64,000 nt of DNA from a virus, in the IMG/VR virus record IMGVR_UViG_3300045993_000757, positions 11,110 to 75,109 of that record, one strand, 5' to 3'. A program made the position numbers and the translations under genes. Positions 9,277 through 18,800 of the stretch are shown one piece after another (the stretch's first letter is position 1; each line of letters begins with the position of its first letter). Under the pieces are notes generated by a model. The model made no database searches and was not told where the DNA came from. It worked only from the letters and a program-made list of their open reading frames with translations.

Positions 9277-10820
9277 CCGAGATCCAGAAGGAGTTCTACG
9301 AGGACGGGCATCGGATGCGGATGGCCTACGGGGCTCGAGCGTCAGGGAAAACCTGGGCCGTCGAGCACACCGTGATGAAGCATTTGTGGCGCTTCAACGC
9401 CAGGGTAGCCGTCATCACAAAGACCACCCGCCAGGGATCGCTCGGGGTGTGGCCCGAACTGACCGGGATCATCTTCGACGAGTGGGTGGATTCGAAGGTC
9501 GGCAATTCGGTCGCTGACTTCGGCTGGTCCGAGAAGCCGCGGCGGGATCCGATCACCAAGATTCACCGGGCTGCGATTCACAATCGCCACGGTCGATCCA
9601 GTGAACTCGTGTTGTTCCCGATCGAGCACGCCAATGAGGCGCTGGAGAAACTGCTGTCCACCCAGTTTTCAGCCATTTGGATTTCAGAAGGACATCTCTA
9701 CGACGACCGATCCATCTTCGACACCGCCCTTGCCCAGCTTCGGCTTCCGAGCGTTCCATTCAAGGAAACGCTCCTCCTGGTAGACACCAATCCCCCGGAG
9801 ACGGGCACCAGCCATTTCCTGCACGACATTTTCTTCAAGGAGCGATGCCGCGAGGAGTGGCCCGAGTATTACACCCAGGAAACTATCGACGCTTTCAGGG
9901 AACGCCAGAAGCAGTTAGGAGTGTTCCGTTTCCCCATCGAATCCAACACGTTCCTCGATCCCGGGCTCAAGGCGCAGATCATTGCACAGTACGCGCATGA
10001 CCCATTTGCCTACCGACGATTTGTTCTGTCCGAGTGGATCGACGGCGTCGTCTCGGGCGTCTTTCAGAACGTCTTCTCTCGACAGCGGCACGTCATCGGG
10101 AATGCCGACGCGCGCGATCCTGAGGAGTGGCAGATCATCCCACCGGTCCAGACCGTGGACGCCGTCCTGGAGGGTGGTAATCCGCTCCTGATCTGCGGCT
10201 GGGATATCGGCGAGGTGAACCACGCCTGGGGGTGCCTGCAACCGGTCTACGTGGGGGATACGATCCACTTCCGGGTGCTCGACGAGCTGGTCTACACGAA
10301 GTCCGAGCTTTCCGTGGAGGAGTTCACGGCCCTGGTGATGGAGCGGATGAAGGCCGTGGAGACGATGGCGGGCTTCAAGGTCGAGTGGCGGCATTACTCT
10401 GACTCGTCTGCGTTTGAGTTCCGGGCGGCGATCCGCAGATCTGACCTCCCCCTGGACTCCGACATGACGGACGCGGCCTTGGTCATGGCCCGGTCAGGGG
10501 GCGAGATCGTGCTGGAAGGGAGCGCCCAGGTGAAGAAGCCGGGCTGGCAACGCCGCCGCGTCAACTTCCTGTCTCAACTCCTCCGCCAGGACAGGTTGGT
10601 CGTCTCGGCCAACTGCAAGATCGTCGTGGCGATGTTCTGCGGCTTGAGGAAGGCAGCCGAGAACTCCAAAAACGGCCCGTATCTAGACCCGGCCCAGATC
10701 GAGAAGCACCCGTTCGACGCCCTGTCCTACGCGATTTCCATGTATTCCCTTGAGGAGATCCTGGAGGGAAACAAGCCGTCTGAAGTAGCCACTCGAAGCC
10801 CCTCGATGATCATGGCCTGA
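9258..10820 (+). CDS. terL: Terminase large subunit
   Basis: Walker A YGARASGKT, Walker B-like IWISEG, motif DTNPP, nuclease GWDIG and HPFDALSY. Confidence 0.9.
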   Translation: MWTPRLTEIQKEFYEDGHRMRMAYGARASGKTWAVEHTVMKHLWRFNARVAVITKTTRQGSLGVWPELTGIIFDEWVDSKVGNSVADFGWSEKPRRDPITKIHRAAIHNRHGRSSELVLFPIEHANEALEKLLSTQFSAIWISEGHLYDDRSIFDTALAQLRLPSVPFKETLLLVDTNPPETGTSHFLHDIFFKERCREEWPEYYTQETIDAFRERQKQLGVFRFPIESNTFLDPGLKAQIIAQYAHDPFAYRRFVLSEWIDGVVSGVFQNVFSRQRHVIGNADARDPEEWQIIPPVQTVDAVLEGGNPLLICGWDIGEVNHAWGCLQPVYVGDTIHFRVLDELVYTKSELSVEEFTALVMERMKAVETMAGFKVEWRHYSDSSAFEFRAAIRRSDLPLDSDMTDAALVMARSGGEIVLEGSAQVKKPGWQRRRVNFLSQLLRQDRLVVSANCKIVVAMFCGLRKAAENSKNGPYLDPAQIEKHPFDALSYAISMYSLEEILEGNKPSEVATRSPSMIMA

Positions 10821-11066
10821 TCACATCCCCATCTTGCTCATCATCCCGCCGACTCCGGCCGGAGCAAGGGCCCCGAGTGCGGGGTTGGAGGAGCCGGGGA
10901 TGGGAGACGAGGATTCCGGGGATTCATTGGCATCTGACTCCTCAGGTGCCGTGGAGACTTCGACCGAACCATCGGGATTGGCCTTTCCCACGGTGATCAT
11001 GACTTGATCGCCTTCCATTTCGAGTCCGAGATTCTTGGCACAATCCGCCGGGAGAGTCGCTGTCAT
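10821..11066 (-). CDS. Small hypothetical protein
   Basis: 81-aa ORF exactly filling the gap, stop abutting the TerL stop, divergent from the capsid gene. Confidence 0.55.
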   Translation of the reverse strand: MTATLPADCAKNLGLEMEGDQVMITVGKANPDGSVEVSTAPEESDANESPESSSPIPGSSNPALGALAPAGVGGMMSKMGM

Positions 11067-11100
11067 GGTCCAAGTCTCCCTCAGACATCACCCCTCAGGA

Positions 11101-11153
11101 ATGGGACTTTTTTGACCCACAACGGTGGGTGGCACGGGTCATTTATGTCCCAT
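11101..11153. promoter_or_regulatory. Imperfect inverted repeat upstream of capsid gene
   Basis: ATGGGAC-TTTTTT-GACCC ... GGGTC-ATTTAT-GTCCCAT in divergent intergenic region. Confidence 0.45.
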
Positions 11154-11187
11154 TTCACGACGCGCTGAAAGTTATAGACTCGCCTCC

Positions 11188-12960
11188 ATGAGTAATGGAT
11201 TTGCCGAAACGTGTCAGGTCGCCATCCAGAACACGTATGCAACGTGCGGCTCTGTCACCCGCGCTAAGATCGCCCCTCTCAGTCCGACTGCCATCAAAGC
11301 CCTTTTCTACGGTTCCGACATCGGGGTCGGTCATGAAGGCGCTGGAAACCAGGAGGGCTGGAACGAAATCAAGTCCCTCCTGAAGCATCAGATCGAGATG
11401 CAGGCGTGCGGCATTCGCCGATCCCCCCTGTATGACTGGCTGATGTCCTCGAACAAGCCCGGCCAGGGACGCCTCGTGAACGTCCACCGCGCCGCGCGCG
11501 GTCCTTCGCTCATCGCCCCCTTCATCCTCGGTCGCCAGCAGTCGATGTGGAATGCGGATCACTGGGCGCTCGTGGCCAACGTAGCCGGGAACGCCTATTC
11601 AGGCGGGGCTCCGTTCACCATCGCTCCCTCCCTTTCCACGAACAGGGTTATCACCGTAGAGTCTTCCTTCGGCGGAACCATGGAGCTTCACGCCGACTAT
11701 TTCATCCCCGACAAGCGGATTCACGTCATGGCTCGAGGGTCTGGCGGCGCCCTGACGGTGACCCAGTGGAAGATCATCCAGGCTGCTGTGAATGTGGCGG
11801 GAACCGGAATTGACGTTGAGGTGAAGCTCGACCAGCCGAATCAGACCGAGTCGGGAACTCTCGCTACCGCGGCATTTTTGCAGAACACAACCGCAACGAG
11901 CGGCGTGGTATTCCTCGGCATCAACAACATCGCGGATGTTGAATACTGGTGCCGAAACATGCTGAACGTGAACACCACCAAGCTGGTGCCGTTCTGGTAT
12001 CAGACCCGACGACTGACCCGCTGCGTCGATGAGAAGTACGAGGAGTTCCTGAAGCACATGATGGACAACAACGAGTGGTACTCCATTTTTGGGGACCTCC
12101 CGTTGGCTGAGCGCAACCGCCAGGACGAGGCCCGCGATCAGGTCGAGTGGATGAATGCCTTCTTCTTCGGGGAGCGCATCTCGAACAAGCAGAACCTCGA
12201 CAACTGGGGTCAACTCGAAGCGATCAATACGGCGACGTCTTCCACTATCGGGATCGATGGGCAGGGCGACTTCATGGGATTCCGGGCCAACATGATCGGA
12301 GTCCTACCCCAGTTGAAGGCTTGCAATCGGTTCATCGATAACCAGGGAAATGCTGCGGGCTTTCCGATCAACACGTTCCTCGAGCACGACGTTTGGGACA
12401 TCGTTCGTGCCCGTCGAAGCCAGAACAGGCCCTCGAACGAAATCGACATCTACACGGACGAGACCACGGCCGACGAGTTCATGCAGGCGTTCATCGCCTA
12501 CTCGAAGGTAAAGACCGGTGACATCGCCAGGATTAACATCGAGCAGGGCTTCAGCGAGTGGGGATTCCCGTTCCGACGGTTCCGCCTCTACAAGCCGATG
12601 GGCGTGTCGGTCAACCTCATCACCGACGATTTCTTCAACGATCTCGCGACGGCGGCTGGGTATAGCACCAGTGGCGCGGCACCGCATGGCGCCGGAGCCT
12701 CCGGGCTTGGCAAGTTCATGATGATTCTCGACATGGGCAAGAACGGGACGATCTATCCCGCGATCCTTTCCACGAACCGCAAGCAGTACACGGTGGGCGA
12801 CATCAACGACCTGTCGAAGATCGACAAGACCTACTCCTGCGTGATGGAGAATCCTCGCCAGCGCAAGACTCTCACATCGACCACCACGACCGCGGTTGTC
12901 GAGTGCCCCGCGAATTCGCTCGTCGTAGCGAACTTCGACAAGATCGTCTCGGGCGTCTAA
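11188..12960 (+). CDS. Major capsid protein (with large insertion domain)
   Basis: Strong codon bias, position after TerL, downstream terminator, HK97-like layout (QTRRLTRCVD strand, long spine helix, AFFFGE); start MSNGFAETC. Confidence 0.7.
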   Translation: MSNGFAETCQVAIQNTYATCGSVTRAKIAPLSPTAIKALFYGSDIGVGHEGAGNQEGWNEIKSLLKHQIEMQACGIRRSPLYDWLMSSNKPGQGRLVNVHRAARGPSLIAPFILGRQQSMWNADHWALVANVAGNAYSGGAPFTIAPSLSTNRVITVESSFGGTMELHADYFIPDKRIHVMARGSGGALTVTQWKIIQAAVNVAGTGIDVEVKLDQPNQTESGTLATAAFLQNTTATSGVVFLGINNIADVEYWCRNMLNVNTTKLVPFWYQTRRLTRCVDEKYEEFLKHMMDNNEWYSIFGDLPLAERNRQDEARDQVEWMNAFFFGERISNKQNLDNWGQLEAINTATSSTIGIDGQGDFMGFRANMIGVLPQLKACNRFIDNQGNAAGFPINTFLEHDVWDIVRARRSQNRPSNEIDIYTDETTADEFMQAFIAYSKVKTGDIARINIEQGFSEWGFPFRRFRLYKPMGVSVNLITDDFFNDLATAAGYSTSGAAPHGAGASGLGKFMMILDMGKNGTIYPAILSTNRKQYTVGDINDLSKIDKTYSCVMENPRQRKTLTSTTTTAVVECPANSLVVANFDKIVSGV

Positions 12961-12997
12961 ATCTGTAGAAGAAATCCTCGCGGATCTTCGATTGCTT

Positions 12998-13037
12998 GCG
13001 CCCGCGGGGTAATTCAACCTGCGGGCGCTTTCATTTT
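12998..13037 (+). terminator. Rho-independent terminator after capsid gene
   Basis: GCGCCCGCGGG...CCTGCGGGCGC stem followed by TTTCATTTT. Confidence 0.75.
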
Positions 13038-13523
13038 ATGAGATATTTCGCTTCCAGGACCGCCGAAAACCCGCTTTACACCCAGGGAGGGCCCATCATT
13101 CGCTGGCCTCAACCGGCCGGTTCGAATGAAGGCATGATCGAGGTTAACGAGGCGGATCCCCGAAACGCCGCCTCGATCAAGAGTCTGGAACTTTGCATCG
13201 TGACCGGAACGGGCGGAGACATTCGCGAGGTCACTGTTTCTGAGTTCCAGGAATGGCAAAAAAAAACGAGTGGACTCCCGCGACACAAACCGCAACGGGA
13301 CGAATACTCCGCCGGACCAATGAGGGACACATCGTCGTCCCGGCCCAAAACTTCAAACGCGCCAGTTGCTGCGGCCATCGCTGAGTCGGTTCAGCCCGCA
13401 CCAGAAGCCACGGTTTCCGCGGCTGCACCGCTCCCTGCGCCCCCGCAGCCGGTAGCTGGGCAGCCTGCCAAGCCTGTTGTACTCTCTATCCCGACTCGGC
13501 GGCGGGGGGCTGTGGTCACCTGA
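13038..13523 (+). CDS. Hypothetical protein with Pro/Ala-rich tail
   Basis: ATG 13038 after terminator; contains an A9 run at 13258-13266. Confidence 0.6.
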   Translation: MRYFASRTAENPLYTQGGPIIRWPQPAGSNEGMIEVNEADPRNAASIKSLELCIVTGTGGDIREVTVSEFQEWQKKTSGLPRHKPQRDEYSAGPMRDTSSSRPKTSNAPVAAAIAESVQPAPEATVSAAAPLPAPPQPVAGQPAKPVVLSIPTRRRGAVVT

Positions 13524-13526
13524 TGA

Positions 13527-15887
13527 ATGACGTTCGCGCAACTCAAGTCCAAGCTCCTCGGAACCAACGATGCCCCCGGACTCGCGTTTCCACTCGGAAC
13601 GCCTGAGAACCTTCGCCCCCAGTGCGAAGCGTTCATCGTTGAAGCTCTGATCGAGATCCAACGGTACATCCCCTGTTGGCAGACCGGGCATTACGACGTC
13701 CACCGGGCTTCGGAAGTCATGGTTTCGAATGGGTGCTCGGTCATTACGTGCCCCACGGGTCAGATTTCCGAGGTCTTCACCATCACGACGTCCGACGATG
13801 GATCTGGATGGGAGCATCCGATACCCTATGTCCCTGTCGATCTTCAGTATCTTCGCCGATGGATGGGGCGATTCCGGTCTTCATTCCGGTTTATGGGGCA
13901 GGAGTTCACTTCGGCGATGGCCGGTAGCGGTTATCGCCTCCCCTCCGTAGCTGACAACTCCCCTTTCGGTCGCGCGCTCTCCGGGGTTTGGTCGATCGAC
14001 AAGCTCTCGAACCGACTGATCATCGCCCCGTGGCTTCAGTCCGACGAAAGCGTTGTCGTCGCCTGGACGGGCATCAAACGAACCTGGTCCGATGCGGATG
14101 TCGTCTCGGACAACCCCGACTTCATTCGTCTGGTCAAACTCTGGCTCTTGCAGGAGTTCGGGCGACACTGGGCCTCGAGCGATTTGGCCACGCGCGTCGA
14201 TACCTGGGCCACCGCCCAGGCGGACTCCATCGTTGAGTGCCAGCACAATCAGCAGCTTCCTATGCGCGGCGGATCGCCTGAAGAAGTCGAGGCTGCGAAG
14301 GCTTTCTACTCCGCCAATCCTCCCGTGGTCCCCGTGGAGACAACCTTCGAAGATGTCCCGACTCGAATCTGCTTCGTGGGAGACACGGGAACTGCGGATG
14401 CCAACGCCGAGGCTGTAGCTGCCCTTGTGGAAGCTCAGAACCCCGACTTGGTGGTGCTCCTGGGCGATGTGAAGTACCCTCCCAACTCCGCCGAGACGGC
14501 CCTTGCTCCGTATTCCACATTGATCGGATCCGGAAAGTTGGTCACCGCTCTTGGAAACCATGACCTGGACGGAGACGCCGGAGCATCGGTCCTGGCGGTG
14601 GTCAACAATCCCGGCAACGAGCGATATTTCAGCGTGCGAGCGGGCCCCGTCGAGGTATTCGTGATCAACGACGGCCTGAACACCGCGGGGGCCTACGTTG
14701 AGGAGGATGGGAGTTTCATGGGGTCGGTCCAGTGGGCGGCGATCAAGGGCATGATTCTGAGGAGCTGCGCCGCATTCAAAGTCGTGGTCCTGCATCACGC
14801 TCCGTTCACGAGTGGCACTCGATACTCCCCAGGGTTGCTTCAGATGCGTTGGGTGTCAGACCTGGAGGTTCATGCGGTCATCGCTGCCCACAGTCACAAT
14901 TACGAGCGGGGAGACTGGCGCGGCCGGCAGCACTTCGTGGTGGGCACTGGTGGTGGCTCGCCTCAGGATGGGTTCGTGGATTCTCCCGACCCTGAATCCA
15001 AGGAGAGAATCACGGGGTTTGGAGCACTTTTGCTGAGCGCCACCAAGACTGAGGCTAAATTCGAATTCCTGGACCTTGGAGACGTTGTCCTGGACACGAT
15101 CACCATCAAGGGATGGCCGACTTACGCTTTGCTTTCGGAATCCCCCACGCTTCCTCCGGATTGGTCCGTGGGTCTTCCGCTGGCTCCAGTTTTCAGGTTG
15201 AGCCCGGCTAGCCAGCGCGTGTTCACCGGAAGCGTGGTGTCAATGCACGTGGTTGTTGCAGGAACCCCTCCCATATCACTTCAGTGGAAGGAAGATGGAA
15301 TTGCAATTCCGGGAGCCACGTCACTGTCCTATTCCCTGACGGCTTCCAGGACCGCATTTTACACGGTTGTCGCCACCAACATTTACGGATCCTCCGAAAG
15401 CTCACCTGGCATGGTGCTTCTCGACGTTTTGGCCCAGACCACATTCGCCACGGTTGCCGACATGACGGCTTCGAACCCGCTATCTTGGGCCACAGCGGAA
15501 TGCGAGAACAATGCCCCCGGAGACGACTATATGTCGTTCTGGATTCGGTCTGGGGACGAGACCCGACTTCCCAACGGGATTGATATTCTTCAGTCGAATG
15601 GGCCCGTAAATCCCGGGATTAGTCTGGTTCGCATTTTCGTTCGCGAACCCAGTGGCGGCGTGGTTTTGCCTGGGCCCGGACTTCCTCCGTACACCGTGGA
15701 TGTCCCCGTGGTAGTTGCCACCATCGAGGATCTTCAGAATTCCATCTTCACGGCGCCTCTCGTGTGGGTTGGAGATGAGTCCAATCCTATTGTGTTCCGA
15801 CAGGGAAATACCAACGACCTTGATGACGGGGTTAACGGCGTCCTCAATCGGTCGGGAATTCACTACGACCGCATTCAATTTGTATGA
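13527..15887 (+). CDS. Head-tail adaptor-like N-terminus fused to calcineurin-like metallophosphoesterase and Ig-like domain
   Basis: MTFAQLK.. adaptor-style start; MPP motifs GDTG, LGDVKY, LGNHD, HHAPF, AHSHNYER; Ig-like GTPPISLQWK..G..IPGAT..Y.VVATN..GS. Confidence 0.75.
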   Translation: MTFAQLKSKLLGTNDAPGLAFPLGTPENLRPQCEAFIVEALIEIQRYIPCWQTGHYDVHRASEVMVSNGCSVITCPTGQISEVFTITTSDDGSGWEHPIPYVPVDLQYLRRWMGRFRSSFRFMGQEFTSAMAGSGYRLPSVADNSPFGRALSGVWSIDKLSNRLIIAPWLQSDESVVVAWTGIKRTWSDADVVSDNPDFIRLVKLWLLQEFGRHWASSDLATRVDTWATAQADSIVECQHNQQLPMRGGSPEEVEAAKAFYSANPPVVPVETTFEDVPTRICFVGDTGTADANAEAVAALVEAQNPDLVVLLGDVKYPPNSAETALAPYSTLIGSGKLVTALGNHDLDGDAGASVLAVVNNPGNERYFSVRAGPVEVFVINDGLNTAGAYVEEDGSFMGSVQWAAIKGMILRSCAAFKVVVLHHAPFTSGTRYSPGLLQMRWVSDLEVHAVIAAHSHNYERGDWRGRQHFVVGTGGGSPQDGFVDSPDPESKERITGFGALLLSATKTEAKFEFLDLGDVVLDTITIKGWPTYALLSESPTLPPDWSVGLPLAPVFRLSPASQRVFTGSVVSMHVVVAGTPPISLQWKEDGIAIPGATSLSYSLTASRTAFYTVVATNIYGSSESSPGMVLLDVLAQTTFATVADMTASNPLSWATAECENNAPGDDYMSFWIRSGDETRLPNGIDILQSNGPVNPGISLVRIFVREPSGGVVLPGPGLPPYTVDVPVVVATIEDLQNSIFTAPLVWVGDESNPIVFRQGNTNDLDDGVNGVLNRSGIHYDRIQFV

Positions 15888-18800
15888 AAACCATTCCTCT
15901 GCTGGCGCTTCTCCTCATAACCGCAATCTCGGCAATGGGGCAGGGCGCGGCGAGGGTGGTGCCGACGCTCGCGCGGCTTCTTCAGATTAATCCCTACGCG
16001 GTAGCCACGGGAGACGTCCTCGCCTACGAGGTCATCTCCCCGACCACGAGTACATCGTGGGGAGCCCCGCGAGTGGCCTTCTGGACTCCTGCCGCCACCC
16101 TCGCCCCGAACGGAACCAACGTGTTCCCCTCGCCCTTCGGCGGGCGCTGGGTGTTCATGGACAAGGACGACCCCATCCAGAATGCCTCCTGGTATGGATT
16201 CCCCAACCTGTACGCCATCGACAGCCACGGGAACCTGACGCTTGGGAATACCAACGTCGCCGGGAAGCTCTCCTCCCTGGATGCAGCCGTCCAGAACCGG
16301 GCCTTCCTCGTCCACTTCCACGACGCAGCCGACGTGAACTCTGGGCGGTTCACGGCCAACCGGCTGGGGAATGGAACGCCCACCACGAACACCTTCCTCC
16401 GCGGTGACGGGGAATGGGCAATCATCACGACCAACGGAACGTCGATCGGCGCGGGCGGCTCGAGCATGACCGTCAAATCAGTCACCGTGACGAACCTGAC
16501 CGACAGTCCGGCACTGGGTTGGTCTATCGTCGGACAGGAGGCCTCGCCCTACATCCTCTCGGGAGCGCACATCACCAATGCGTTCCTCCCCGGGGCGACG
16601 GTGGGGAGCAGTCTGACCGCGCTCGATCTCGGAACGGACACGGGCCCATTCGGGCTGCTCTACGAGATGATGGGGAGAAGCGTGATCTCTGGGCGGGTGA
16701 TCGCCATGGATGCCCCCAAAGCGCGGACAGTCCTGGACGCAGCCTGGGCCAAGCACACCCACACCAGCTTCCAAAACCTGACCATCCTGGACCAGCTGTG
16801 GATCCAGTCCCTCAACGTCCTGACCAAGTTCAGCGAAGTAGACGTCAGCCTCACCCAACGCCAGGGCGCGAGCCCGTACTTAACGAACGTGGTCCAGGAC
16901 ACGCAGACGAACTTCTTCTTCGCCGGAGACAACCACGACTACCGGGCGGTGACCACGAATGCGATCCCGGGGCTGATCGGAGACCTGGCCAACCTGGGGG
17001 CGCATCGGGTCTTCGTGAAGGGACTGGCCACAACGAACTTCGACGACATCGACCTCACTGTCGTCTCCGGGATTCGGGGATACACCAACGGCATTGGCTG
17101 GCGTGTGGTGAATGGAACCGCGACCCCTTTCATTAAGTCCAACGCGGTGCTGCACAACCCGCAGTTCGCTATCATCAACAGCCCCACCACGGTCAAGCAG
17201 CTGATGCAGCTTGGTGGCGTCACAAATCTTCACGTCCCCTATTTCAGTTCGACCCCGCCCATCGGCTCCGCGTCAGACACCAACACGATTCAGATGCGGT
17301 CTACGGACTTCGGCACGATTATCACCAACGCGAACCTGGCCTACATCACCAACGTCGTCCTGAGGACGGGCTCCGACATGACCGGGGACCTTAACCTCCT
17401 CGGAGGCGCGAATCTCTCGGTCGGTGGGAATACCACCAACCACGCCACGGTCGTGCTGGGAAACCTCACCGTCTCGGGAACGACCACGCTCTCGAACAAT
17501 CTCTCAGCCCCCTCGATCACTCTCGGCGGCGCGACGCGCACGAGCTTCGACCAGCTTCAGACCGGCGACGTGATCCTCACGAACATCCTGGCGAATGCCT
17601 CAGGATCGAACTTCTGGGCCGGTGACCACACGTATAAGGCGATCACCACGAACATGATCCAGGGTCTGGTGGGCGACATCGCCGCAGCAGGGACCTATCG
17701 GGTGGCCGTGAAGGGGACGGTGATCACGAACATCGATGATGTTGGGGCGGGCGCAACGGCCAGCGTCGGATGGGTGATAACCAATGGCACGGCGACAGCG
17801 CGAGTGAAGGCTGGGGCGATCATTCGCACCCCACGGCTCGCGATCAACGATTACCCCGCTGGGGCCCAATCACTTCTCCTATCCGGAGGCGTCACGAATC
17901 TCGGCATCGCGTACTTCACCTCTCGTGGATCTGTCACGCCAGACGACGACAACCCGCTCACCATTCGGGCGACCGACCTCGGGACCATCATCACCAACGC
18001 CGGCTTGGCCTACGGGGTCAACTACCTCCCCATCATCGGAGGCACGCTCACGGGACCTCTCACAGTCCCTAGCGTGACCGTGCAGGACTCCGCCACAGTG
18101 AACGGGGATCTCCTGGTCACTGGAGGCGCCGGGCTGCTTCATATTTACGCCGGAAGCATCCAGTTCACGGACACGAGCTTGGTCACCTCCTGGAACCAGG
18201 TGCAGGGCGGCTCTGTGATTCTGACGAACATCCAGGCGAACGCCGCCACGAATGCCTTCTGGGCGGGAGACCACGTCTACCGGGTGGTCACGACCAACAT
18301 GATTCCCGGGCTCAACGCCATGTTCGGACGGGACATTGACGGGAGCAACGTGGTGTCCGGCTACGTGCCCGTCGCACGGCTGGGCTCCGGAAGCCCCACC
18401 ACGAACACGTTCCTGCGCGGGGACGGATCCTGGGCGGCCCTCACGACCAACGGCAGCGTTACCGCGGGGACGACCAACGCCATTTGGGTGAAGGGCAACT
18501 ACGTCACCAACTTCCTCGACGGCCCGAACGTCTCCTTCGCGATCAGCGGGCAGCAGGCCTTCCCATACATTCCGATCGGCGCCTCGGTCACCAACCTCAA
18601 CTCCGTCGGAACGCTCACGAGCGCCGCCATCACCGCCAGCGGGGACATCACCGCCGCGTCGAGCACCCTCTCGGCGAACTCGGTGCAGGCGAACAGCCTG
18701 CTCACCAAGGCCTCCATCCACTCGGTGAACGACACGGCCTCTCCCTACCTCGCCTTCTTCGACAACGACCCCACGTCGCTCCAGCGCACGCTGTACGCCG

